Positions 7,603 through 16,032 of a DNA stretch of 52,061 nucleotides are shown piece after piece; position 1 is the stretch's first letter; the number at the start of each line of letters is the position of its first letter. The notes below the pieces were generated by a model. It was not told the DNA's origin. It saw only the letters and a program-made list of their open reading frames with translations, and did not search any database. Source of the DNA: Candidatus Uhrbacteria bacterium (lineage in GTDB: Bacteria; Patescibacteriota; Patescibacteriia; SG8-24); NCBI GenBank assembly GCA_016929435.1, contig JAFGIV010000007.1, positions 1 to 52,061 on the forward strand. The letters run 5' to 3'. The translations under genes and the position numbers were made by a program.

Positions 7603-7673
7603 AGTCTAAAGCAAGAAATGTCTTTGGTAATGTTTAAAATATATTCTACCGAATTGACGATGATTTGGCAAAC

Positions 7674-7859
7674 TCACGACATGACGATCGTTTTTATGTC
7701 CCTGACCGTCAGCCAAGCGGCAGCGTTGCCAAATCCCCTCTTGTCTATCCAAAACGGCTTTGCGACGGCTTTCGGCGAACGGAGTCGGAGAAGAACGCAA
7801 TACTTCGGTTGCCTGCTCCATGTTTTCGGATCCCTATTCACAGGGCAAATCTCCTTGCC
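7674..7859 (-). pseudogene. C-terminal remnant resembling a CPR ASCH-like protein
   Basis: Hand-translated GKEICPVNRDPKTWSRQPKYCVLLRLRSPKAVAKPFWIDKRGFGNAAAWLTVRDIKTIVMS*; N-terminal half absent. Confidence 0.4.
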
Positions 7860-7916
7860 GTCCCCCTTCGCTGCCGCTGCGGGGGACTCTCCGCTCTCGC
7901 CCTGCCTGATTGCGGT

Positions 7917-10694
7917 TTATTTGCCATGACAATGCTTGTACTTAACCGGTGTCCCGTCCTGTTTCTTCGCTCCGCACGGGCAGGGGTCGTTGCGGCCGAC
8001 CTTGGGATCGGCTGGCCGGACGGAAACCTTGGCCTCACCGCCCTTGGACGGGGCGGAGTAGGTGACGTTCTGCCGCTCGATCATCGACGGCGCCGCCTGC
8101 GGCCGCTTCTGTACCCCAAGCTTGAGTACCGCATAGGCCACCCGCTGGCCGATGGCCTGGATCAGCTCGTGAAACATCCTGAAGGCCTCCTTCTTGTATT
8201 CGATGAGCGGATCGCGCTGGCCGTAGGAACGGAGCCCAATGCCGGTCCGCAGGTGCTCCATGGCGTCCAGGTGATCGATCCACAGGCTGTCGATCGAGCG
8301 GAGCATCAGCACCCGCACCCCTTCGGCATACGCCCCGGGACGGTTAAGGGCCTGGTCGACATCGGCCGCCAGCTCATCGTAGGCCCGGCCGGCATACTCC
8401 ATGAGATAGGTCAGTATGTCGCCGCGGGACTGGGCATCGGCCCGGGCATCACCGGCCTCATGCCGGATTGCCTTCAGCTTTTCCAAGGAATCGGCCGGCA
8501 GCGGAACGATCGTCTTGGCCACCTCCCATATCTCCCGCATGTTCCAGGCTGCCTCGTCCTCCGAAGCGGTATGGAAACGGACCACCCGCTCCAGCTCGGC
8601 CTCGATCGTCTCCAGGACCTTCTCCCGAACCGATTCCGGACGGTCCGGAGGGATATCGACGATCTCGTTCCGCCTGCGGTAAACGACCTGCCGGTGCTTG
8701 TTGAGGACATCGTCATACTCCAGGACGTGCTTGCGCATGTCGAAATGGTCACCCTCCACCTTCCTTTGGGCGGAAGCGATCGACTTGCTGACCATCTTGC
8801 TCTCGATCGGCATGTCTTCCGGGATCTTGAACGTCTCCATCATCCCCTTCATCCGATCCGAACCGAATATCCGCATCAGGTCATCCTCCACGGACAGGAA
8901 GAAACGGGTCAGGCCGGGATCCCCCTGCCGTCCGCAGCGTCCGCGCAGCTGGTTGTCTATGCGGCGGGACTCGTGCCTCTCCGTTCCGATCACCATCAGC
9001 CCGCCCAGATTCCTGACCCTCTCGGCATCTCCCGGAACCGGGGGGTTACCGCCCAGCTTGATGTCCACGCCGCGACCGGCCATGTTGGTGGCGACCGTCA
9101 CCGCACCCAACCTTCCGGCCTGGGCTATGGTCTCCCCCTCACCCTCATGGTTCTTGGCGTTCAGTAGCTTGAAGGGCACCCCCTCCCGCCTAAGCAACTC
9201 GCCCAGTATCTCGTTCTGCTCGATGGAGATGGTGCCGACCAGGACCGGCTGTCCGGTCTCGTGCCGATCCCTGATCTCCCGAACCACGGCCTGATACTTG
9301 CCGTTGACGGTCCTATAGACCAGGTCCGGCAGGTCGGTCCGTTTCGGATCCCGGTTGGTCGGGATGACCGTGACATCCATGTCGTATATCTTGGAGAACT
9401 CCTCGGCCTCGGTGGCGGCCGTTCCGGTCATGCCGGCCAGTTTCGCGTACATCCGGAAATAGTTCTGGAAGGTAATGGTGGCGAGCGTCCGGCTTTCCCG
9501 CTGTATCTTCACGCCCTCCTTCGCCTCGATGGCCTGGTGAAGCCCCTCGGAATAGCGGCGGCCGTGCATCAGCCGACCGGTAAACTCGTCCACAATGATC
9601 ACCTCACCGTCGCGCACGACATAGTTGCGGTCCCGCCGGTAAAGCTCCCTGGCCTTCAGGGCGGACTCGATGTGGTGGACGGTCGTGACTCCGGCCTCCT
9701 CATAGATGTTGCCGACGTTCAGCATCCCCTCCAGTTTGGAGATCCCCGCCTCGGTCAGGGAAACGGCGTGCATCTTCTCGTCGATGTTGTAGTCCTCGTC
9801 CACCACCAATTTCCCCACCATCTCCGCGAAACGATAGTAGGAATCCGCGGCCTCCTCGGCCGGAGCGGAAATTATGAGTGGGGTCCGGGCCTCATCGATC
9901 AGGATGGAATCCACCTCATCGATAATGGCGTAGTTCAGCGGCCGCTGGGACCGCTGGTCCGGATGCATCACCATGTTGTCGCGCAGGTAGTCGAACCCGA
10001 ACTCGTTGTTCGTGCCGTAGGTGATGTCCGCGGCATAGGCATCCCGCCTTTCCACCGGACGCAAAAAGTCGTTCTGAACCTTGAAGGAACCGGTCTCGTC
10101 CCGCTCCCGATCGGTCTCCCCGCCCTCTTCCTTGGCGCTGGCCGCCGCCAGATCGCCGACGGTCAGCTCTGCCGTATTCTCCGGCACCTGCCAGGTCGGG
10201 TCATAGACGAAAGCCGTCATGTGGTTGATGCAGGCCGTGGTGAGTCCCAAGGCGTGATAGACCTGTCCCATCCAGGCGGCGTCGCGGCGGGAGAGGTAAT
10301 CGTTGACCGTCACCACATGGACCCCCTTTCCCTCCAGGCCGTTCAGGTAAACCGCCAGGGTGGAGGTCAGGGTCTTGCCCTCACCGGTCCGCATTTCGGC
10401 GATCTGACCGCGGTGCAGGGCAATGCCGCCCATCAGCTGGACGTCAAAATGCCGCTGTCCCAAAGTCCGCTTGGCCGCCTCCCGGCACAGAGCGAACGCC
10501 TCGGGCAGGACCTGATCCAGTGTGGCCTCCCCGGCCCGAACCCGATCGCGCAGCCCAAGGCTGACTTCCCGAATTTCCGGATCGGACAGCTTTTCGTATT
10601 TCTTTTCCAGGACGTTAATGTCCTCCACGATCGGCTGCATGCCTTTCAGGACGCGCTCGTTCGGATCGCCGAAAATTTTGGTGAGTACGGACAT
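7917..10694 (-). CDS. secA: Preprotein translocase ATPase SecA
   Basis: AEMRTGEGKT, VTVNDYL, DEVDSILIDEARTPLIIS, TNMAGRGVDI, GRNDPCPCG..YKHCHGK. Confidence 0.98.
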   Translation of the reverse strand: MSVLTKIFGDPNERVLKGMQPIVEDINVLEKKYEKLSDPEIREVSLGLRDRVRAGEATLDQVLPEAFALCREAAKRTLGQRHFDVQLMGGIALHRGQIAEMRTGEGKTLTSTLAVYLNGLEGKGVHVVTVNDYLSRRDAAWMGQVYHALGLTTACINHMTAFVYDPTWQVPENTAELTVGDLAAASAKEEGGETDRERDETGSFKVQNDFLRPVERRDAYAADITYGTNNEFGFDYLRDNMVMHPDQRSQRPLNYAIIDEVDSILIDEARTPLIISAPAEEAADSYYRFAEMVGKLVVDEDYNIDEKMHAVSLTEAGISKLEGMLNVGNIYEEAGVTTVHHIESALKARELYRRDRNYVVRDGEVIIVDEFTGRLMHGRRYSEGLHQAIEAKEGVKIQRESRTLATITFQNYFRMYAKLAGMTGTAATEAEEFSKIYDMDVTVIPTNRDPKRTDLPDLVYRTVNGKYQAVVREIRDRHETGQPVLVGTISIEQNEILGELLRREGVPFKLLNAKNHEGEGETIAQAGRLGAVTVATNMAGRGVDIKLGGNPPVPGDAERVRNLGGLMVIGTERHESRRIDNQLRGRCGRQGDPGLTRFFLSVEDDLMRIFGSDRMKGMMETFKIPEDMPIESKMVSKSIASAQRKVEGDHFDMRKHVLEYDDVLNKHRQVVYRRRNEIVDIPPDRPESVREKVLETIEAELERVVRFHTASEDEAAWNMREIWEVAKTIVPLPADSLEKLKAIRHEAGDARADAQSRGDILTYLMEYAGRAYDELAADVDQALNRPGAYAEGVRVLMLRSIDSLWIDHLDAMEHLRTGIGLRSYGQRDPLIEYKKEAFRMFHELIQAIGQRVAYAVLKLGVQKRPQAAPSMIERQNVTYSAPSKGGEAKVSVRPADPKVGRNDPCPCGAKKQDGTPVKYKHCHGK

Positions 10695-10791
10695 AGGAAT
10701 TCTGTCATCCCCGCATAAACGAGGCCTTAAAATCAAAGATTATTATAGTGGTTTTGCCGGGCAAAGGCCAACAGGGGTTTTCCACCGTTGG

Positions 10792-11014
10792 GCCCCTAAA
10801 TCCCGACGGCCGTTTGATTCCTAAATCACTCCTCCGCCATCATCCTCGCTTCGCCCAGACTCCGAAGTACACCGCCCCCTATGGGGGACTTAAGAGGAAA
10901 AACATTAATTTTAAAACTATCCTATACATAATCATCTAAATTAATAAGATTATTCTAGGATAGATTTACGATTGACCAGAATCAAAATAAGTCCCCCACA
11001 GGGGGTTTAGGGGC
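10792..11014. mobile_element. Palindromic MITE/REP-like element with nested inverted repeats; left arm interrupted
   Basis: CCCCCTATGGGGGACTT (10875-10891) vs AAGTCCCCCACAGGGGG (10989-11005); outer GCCCCTAAA/TTTAGGGGC; inner CTATCCTA..ATAATC/GATTAT..TAGGATAG. Confidence 0.6.
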
Positions 11015-11024
11015 TTTACCCAAC

Positions 11025-11050
11025 AAAAACCGCCGAATAATCTCCGGCGG
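11025..11050 (-). terminator. Intrinsic terminator
   Basis: Minus strand CCGCCGGAGATTATTCGGCGG-TTTTT. Confidence 0.7.
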
Positions 11051-11079
11051 CCGAAAAGGTGCGCAACAATATTTTAAAA

Positions 11080-11475
11080 TCAGTCATTAAGACGGAAAGA
11101 GTACGGCTTCACCAGACCTAGTTTGATCATGCTATCCAGACACCAATCGACATCACAGATATCCAATCCTGTATCGTTTTGCAGTTCCTGAATTGTTCTG
11201 GTCGGATTCGCCTTAAAGGCAGCGTAGACAAGGCTCTCTTTATCGTTCAGACCGTCGTCTTTCCCAATGCGTAAAATAATCTTACCGTCTTTTTCATAGA
11301 CGATACGAGACTTCAAGGCGTAATTAAGCGCTCTTTCAGTCTCCCATCGCTCGGCTTCAAACCGAATGCACATCGTATTCAACAGTTCCTCACGATCCGC
11401 CGAAAAGGTCCCGTCACTATCAAGAGATCCCAATTGGGAGGCGACGCCCGCCAGACCAATACCTCTCTTTGCCAT
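11080..11475 (-). CDS. Hypothetical protein with C-terminal winged-helix-like domain
   Basis: AAGGAGG RBS; LNDKESLVY..TIQELQNDTGL..V..CL..M.KLGLV; promoter TTGACG-N17-TATGCT at 11508-11536. Confidence 0.7.
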   Translation of the reverse strand: MAKRGIGLAGVASQLGSLDSDGTFSADREELLNTMCIRFEAERWETERALNYALKSRIVYEKDGKIILRIGKDDGLNDKESLVYAAFKANPTRTIQELQNDTGLDICDVDWCLDSMIKLGLVKPYSFRLND

Positions 11476-11565
11476 GCTTTCCTCCTTGGTAAAGTTCTAT
11501 AATTAAAAGCATACCTTAACTAAAAACGTCCGTCAAATCATGCCGATTCGACTAAACGTCAAACC

Positions 11566-11593
11566 AAAACCCGCCGGGTTTTCCGGCGGGTTT
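11566..11593 (-). terminator. Intrinsic terminator after hpf
   Basis: AAACCCGCCGG-N-CCGGCGGGTTT. Confidence 0.75.
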
Positions 11594-11626
11594 GGCCCAT
11601 AACGACGGTTTTGGCCAACCCATGGC

Positions 11627-11953
11627 CTAATCACGGCGGCGACCGTCGAAACTCTCCTTATATTCCACTATCTCCCGATCCGCCTTGTCCCGGGCATTGA
11701 CGATCGCCTGATACAGGTCATCCTGGACATCATCGACCTGAATCGTCTTTCCGGGCAAGATCACATGAATCTCGCAACGGAAGACATCACCCTTATTGTG
11801 GTGATTCGTGGTCTTGCCGACCTCCACCTCCAGGCTGGCGGCCTCACCGAAACGCTCCAGCTTCGGTTCCAGCTTGGACAGCTTGGATTCGACATAATTG
11901 CGGATGGCCTCGGTCATCTCCATGTTGGTTCCCTGAATCTTGGTGATTTTCAT
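11627..11953 (-). CDS. raiA: Ribosome hibernation factor HPF/RaiA (short form)
   Basis: IQGTNMEMTEAIRNYVESKL, VEVGKTTNHHNKGDVFRCE, DLYQAI. Confidence 0.9.
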   Translation of the reverse strand: MKITKIQGTNMEMTEAIRNYVESKLSKLEPKLERFGEAASLEVEVGKTTNHHNKGDVFRCEIHVILPGKTIQVDDVQDDLYQAIVNARDKADREIVEYKESFDGRRRD

Positions 11954-12018
11954 ATTTTTATTCGGGCGGGCCGACAATTCGGTCCATGTGCCGTTTAATT
12001 ATTTGATTGATGCTTGTG

Positions 12019-12151
12019 CGCCGCATCGCGGGCGGGCACGGGGCGCACCGGACCGTCGCGGGCCGTCGCCGCATCGCGGGCGGGCACGGGGCGCACCGGA
12101 CCGTCGCGGGCCGTCGCCGCATTGCGGGCGGGCACGGGGGCCCACCCCTAT
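12019..12151. repeat. 48-bp GC-rich tandem repeat (~2.5 copies), REP-like end
   Basis: Unit CGCCGCATCGCGGGCGGGCACGGGGCGCACCGGACCGTCGCGGGCCGT at 12019, 12067, partial at 12115; ends GGGCGGGCACGGGGGCCCACCCCTAT. Confidence 0.9.
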
Positions 12152-12175
12152 CATGTTAAGTATATGTCAAAATTA

Positions 12176-13168
12176 TCAAAACCCGACGTATTCGATCTCG
12201 TCCTCCAATAATATTATACCATGGGTCATGTCCCGGACCCTCATCCTGACGGCCGCGGTCAGGGCAATGACATCCGAGGCGGTGCCGGTCCCATCGTTGA
12301 CGATGAAATTCCCGTGTTTCTCCGAAACGAATCCCCCGCCGATTCTCATTCCCTTGAGCTGCGCCCGATCGATGATCCATCCGGTCGGCACGGCCCCGGT
12401 CGGCGTTCTGGGAACGGCCTCTTCAGGAGCAAGACCCAACCCCTCCCTGACAATTACTATTTCCCCCTCGTTTTTTGGAAGCCAATTCTTGAAGGCGCAT
12501 CCGGCGGTCAGCCCGGAAACCGGCTGGGCCGTAGTCTTTTTCTCCAGAAACCCCCGCATTTTCTTCCGACAGGCTTCGGCCTCCCCGATCGTCAGCCGAA
12601 ATTTGGCTGACAATATGACCGTTCCCGGCAATCGCTTAAAGGCACTGTCCCGGTATCCGAACAGGCAATCGCGGTTTTCCATGATCCTCGCTTCCCCCCC
12701 TGGGGTCAACACCGAAACCGACTCCAGGCTGTCCTTCACCTCACTGCCGAACATCCCGGCATTGCCGCGAATGGCGCCGCCGACGGTCCCCGGCAAGCCG
12801 ATCATCCACTCCAGGCCGGAAAGGCCGGCCTCCGCCGTCTCCCTGGCCAGGCGACCGCTTGGCGTTCCGGCTCCCGCCGTCACCACCGGACCGTCAACCG
12901 ACACCGACGAGTTCACCATCCGAATCGTCAGCCCCCTGATGCCGTCGTCGCTGACGAGCAGGTTGGAACCGCCGCCAAGGACATGGTACGGCAACCCCAA
13001 GTCCCGACAGGCGGCGATCGCCCTAACCGCCTCCTCGTCCGTCTTGGCCTCAAAATAATATTCGGCCGGACCGCCAATCCGAAAGGTGGTGAAAGGCGCC
13101 AACGGCACCCCTTCCCGCATCTCCGGCGCTATCGCCTTTCGCAGTTCGTCTATCAATGGCATAGGCAT
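12176..13168 (-). CDS. murB: UDP-N-acetylenolpyruvoylglucosamine reductase
   Basis: TTFRIGGPA, LGGGSNLL, GLPGTVGGAIRGNAG, FGYRDS, AGCAFKN, SEKHGNFIVN. Confidence 0.97.
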   Translation of the reverse strand: MPMPLIDELRKAIAPEMREGVPLAPFTTFRIGGPAEYYFEAKTDEEAVRAIAACRDLGLPYHVLGGGSNLLVSDDGIRGLTIRMVNSSVSVDGPVVTAGAGTPSGRLARETAEAGLSGLEWMIGLPGTVGGAIRGNAGMFGSEVKDSLESVSVLTPGGEARIMENRDCLFGYRDSAFKRLPGTVILSAKFRLTIGEAEACRKKMRGFLEKKTTAQPVSGLTAGCAFKNWLPKNEGEIVIVREGLGLAPEEAVPRTPTGAVPTGWIIDRAQLKGMRIGGGFVSEKHGNFIVNDGTGTASDVIALTAAVRMRVRDMTHGIILLEDEIEYVGF

Positions 13169-13180
13169 TCGTCTGACCGA

Positions 13181-14578
13181 TTAGGGTCTTACCAGATTTT
13201 CGGCAATCTTGTATATATCCCCGGCCCCCATGACAATGACGACATCCCCCGGCCGTATCCGCTCCCGAAGCGCCGATTCGGCCGCCGGAAGGTCGGGAAC
13301 GAAAATGAACATGCCTGCGGCTTCGGAAGGCACGGCGCAGGGGCGACTTAACAGCGCCCCCAACAAATCGGCGGAGCTGATCCTGACTCCAGGCTCCTCC
13401 CGCCCGGCGACATCGAAAATCTCCACCAGGACCAACTCGTCCGGTTGGGTCAGGGACATGACGAAATCATTGAACAGCGACCTTGTACGGTTGCGGTGAT
13501 GGGGCTGGAAACAGAGCAACACCCTCTGGCCGGGAAAGAACTCCCGGGCTGCCCGGACCGTTTCCCTGACGGCCGTAGGGGTATGGCCGTAGTCGGAGAC
13601 GATTTCCGACCCGTTGAACTTCCCCAGACGCTGGAAACGGCGCCAAACCCCCGTAAAACCGGCTAAAGTACGGCGCAGGTCATCGGGAGAGGCACCCGAT
13701 TCCAAAGCCGCCGCCAACGCAGCCAGGGCATTCATGGCATTATAGCGGCCGGGAATCCTAACCACGAACGTTCCCAAGCTCTCCCCCCGTCTGTTCAGGG
13801 AAAAACTCTGGGAACCGGCCTTAGTAGTCAAATCAACCGCCCGGTAATCGGCCGGCTTCTCGATTCCGTAGGTGACGGTGTTGGCCGGCAGCCGCAAACC
13901 GGCGACGTTCGGGTCATCGGCATTGACGATGGCCTGCCCGTCTTGGGGCAACCGATCCAGGTATTTCTGGAAAGTTTCCCTGATGTGATCCAAGTCGCGG
14001 TAGAAATCCAGGTGATCCTCCTCGATATTGGTGAGGACGATCGTCTGGGGCGCCATCTTCAGCATGTTGGCCCGATATTCGCAGGCCTCGGCCACCAGCA
14101 GGTCACCTTTCCCCAAGCGGAGATTCCCGTCCTCAAAGGAAGACAGGCGCGAGCCGACCACGACCGTCGGATCCATTCCCGCCTCGGCCAGCATCAGGCC
14201 CAGAAGGGCAGTGGTGGTGCTTTTTCCGTTGGTGCCGGAAACGGCTATTGTCCGGTATTCACGGCTCAACTGCCCCAAAAAATCGAAATAGCTAAGCTCG
14301 ACCAATCCCCTTTTCCGGGCCTCGACCCGTTCAGGATTGTCCTTTGGCACGGCCGAGGAAAAAATCACCGCCTCGGCTTCAGGAGGCAGATTCCCTGCCC
14401 CCTGGCCGATGGCGACCTTCACGCCCAAAGCCCCCAGTTCGGCCGTCGCCTCGTTCGCCGCCAGATCCGATCCGGTCACGGTCTTTCCCCGGTGGACAAG
14501 GAGCTTGGCCGCGGCCGAAAGCCCGATCCCCCCGGCCCCGACGACGTGGATGTTTTTCAGATTCTTGAGCGGTTGCAT
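13181..14578 (-). CDS. murC: UDP-N-acetylmuramate--L-alanine ligase
   Basis: GAGGIGLS, SGTNGKSTTT, EACEY, TNIEEDHLD, GVWRRFQ, DYGHTP, FQPH, MGAGDI. Confidence 0.95.
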   Translation of the reverse strand: MQPLKNLKNIHVVGAGGIGLSAAAKLLVHRGKTVTGSDLAANEATAELGALGVKVAIGQGAGNLPPEAEAVIFSSAVPKDNPERVEARKRGLVELSYFDFLGQLSREYRTIAVSGTNGKSTTTALLGLMLAEAGMDPTVVVGSRLSSFEDGNLRLGKGDLLVAEACEYRANMLKMAPQTIVLTNIEEDHLDFYRDLDHIRETFQKYLDRLPQDGQAIVNADDPNVAGLRLPANTVTYGIEKPADYRAVDLTTKAGSQSFSLNRRGESLGTFVVRIPGRYNAMNALAALAAALESGASPDDLRRTLAGFTGVWRRFQRLGKFNGSEIVSDYGHTPTAVRETVRAAREFFPGQRVLLCFQPHHRNRTRSLFNDFVMSLTQPDELVLVEIFDVAGREEPGVRISSADLLGALLSRPCAVPSEAAGMFIFVPDLPAAESALRERIRPGDVVIVMGAGDIYKIAENLVRP

Positions 14579-14677
14579 AACGGTTTGATTTTAGCATTAA
14601 AAACCGTTTCTGTCATCCAAAAAAGGTACGAAAAATAGGCCGAAAACACAAAAACGACCAAAAATACCCCTATTCCA

Positions 14678-15271
14678 TCACCACATTCTCACCATCAGGA
14701 ATGCCGCCAAGACGGAAAAAAGGACGGCTCCAACCGACCCGGAATCCTTCCTGACGACCTTGGCCACAAACGGTTGGGCCGTCAGGACCAGCGCCAGTGA
14801 CAGGCCCAACAGGCCGGTATCCGGGGACACCATCGGTATCTCGCAAATGACGGCAACGGCAAGCGCATCCAACAAAAGGATCGTCAGGGCAATGCACGTT
14901 CCGCCGATAACGGCAGCCAGCAACCGACCGGGGCCATGATCCAACCAACGGCCACGAGCCCTGACGAAAGCGTGTGCGGCAAAAACAATCGCCAACGGCA
15001 AAATGACGGCGAAAACCCTTGGGCTGAACAGGAACGACGGCACCAAAACGATCGCCAACAGGGCCATGACATGTGCGCCCTTGATCTCAGGGAACCTTGC
15101 CTTACGACACCGCAGACCGAAAACAACGACGGAAGAGAATAAAACGGCCAACCACAATCCCGGGGAGGGCCGATGCCTAAGGAGAATCGGGCCAACAAAA
15201 AAAGCGGCGGCCACGATCAGCGGGATATCGACACCTCCTTGACCGGGGTCAATTTTATTGTTGTCGGGCAT
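14678..15271 (-). CDS. Multi-pass membrane hypothetical protein
   Basis: ~6-7 hydrophobic segments. Confidence 0.65.
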   Translation of the reverse strand: MPDNNKIDPGQGGVDIPLIVAAAFFVGPILLRHRPSPGLWLAVLFSSVVVFGLRCRKARFPEIKGAHVMALLAIVLVPSFLFSPRVFAVILPLAIVFAAHAFVRARGRWLDHGPGRLLAAVIGGTCIALTILLLDALAVAVICEIPMVSPDTGLLGLSLALVLTAQPFVAKVVRKDSGSVGAVLFSVLAAFLMVRMW

Positions 15272-15388
15272 ATGTAATTACCAAGACACTATAATGCAAC
15301 TCCATTTGATAAAAAAGCTCTCCCGATGAAGATACCCGGAGACCAAAATAGCTCGAGATGGCTACGGATTGACCCATCCCCCACCGGC

Positions 15389-15949
15389 TCATTTCGTCAT
15401 CAAGACCGTCGATTTAACTATCTTATCAATCAGCCGACGATCATCACCCTCATAGACATCCGAAGAGTAGATGTAGGACTTTCCGGACGCACTAATGACA
15501 AACCAAACGGAATTGAGGTCACCCATGGTGGTTCCCTCGCATCTTACTGCCTCAAGATGTCCGGCTATCCTTATTCTTCCCGTCTCCTTGCGCTCGCCAC
15601 ACGATTCGCCGTCGGCGATACCGTCACTGACCACCAACCTTAACCACACGGGAACGCCTCCGGAACCGGAAATGCCGTCGGTAGATGCGAGAGATTGGAG
15701 ATATTCCTGTTTCCCGATATCATAGACGAAAAAATCGCCCTGAAAGTCAGAATGCCCCGCATGAGATTCCACAGCAAAGCCATTAGGGTATCTAAAACCA
15801 ACGTTACGATCATTATCTTGATACACGCTGTCCAAAACGAAAAAGTCTCTCGCCAAAATCAAAATTCCATACGAAACGACGCAGGCGAAAACGACGACAA
15901 ACAACGAAACTGTCCGACGAGATGATTTTTTGGAAATATTTTTTTTCAT
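15389..15949 (-). CDS. Single-TM anchored extracytoplasmic protein (PsbP/Mog1-like fold suspected)
   Basis: Basic N-terminus plus TM helix, GFRYPNGF, C-terminal ..DKIVKSTV. Confidence 0.6.
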   Translation of the reverse strand: MKKNISKKSSRRTVSLFVVVFACVVSYGILILARDFFVLDSVYQDNDRNVGFRYPNGFAVESHAGHSDFQGDFFVYDIGKQEYLQSLASTDGISGSGGVPVWLRLVVSDGIADGESCGERKETGRIRIAGHLEAVRCEGTTMGDLNSVWFVISASGKSYIYSSDVYEGDDRRLIDKIVKSTVLMTK

Positions 15950-16032
15950 ATAGTTACAAAACGGTATTAAATTGGGGTCACCCATAGACAGGCGACCCCA
16001 TAAATTATACATCTTCCGAATTTCGAGTCATG

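Noticed and set aside
10080-10210. Insertion in SecA as an intein or mobile insert
   Set aside because: Short and acidic, with no intein C/S...HN termini; similar inserts are typical of CPR SecA.
7665-10718. Long plus-strand ORFs (500 aa, 485 aa) and similar ones opposite ligA, pilC, recJ and the adhesins
   Set aside because: Antisense shadows of GC-rich genes with clear minus-strand identity; no motifs of their own.
11058-11085. dif-like site (GGTGCGCAACA...)
   Set aside because: Only the XerC-like arm resembles the consensus; the XerD arm does not.
12019-12151. CRISPR or coding repeat (ORF 11940..13058)
   Set aside because: Head-to-tail repeats with no spacers; the ORF is antisense to murB.
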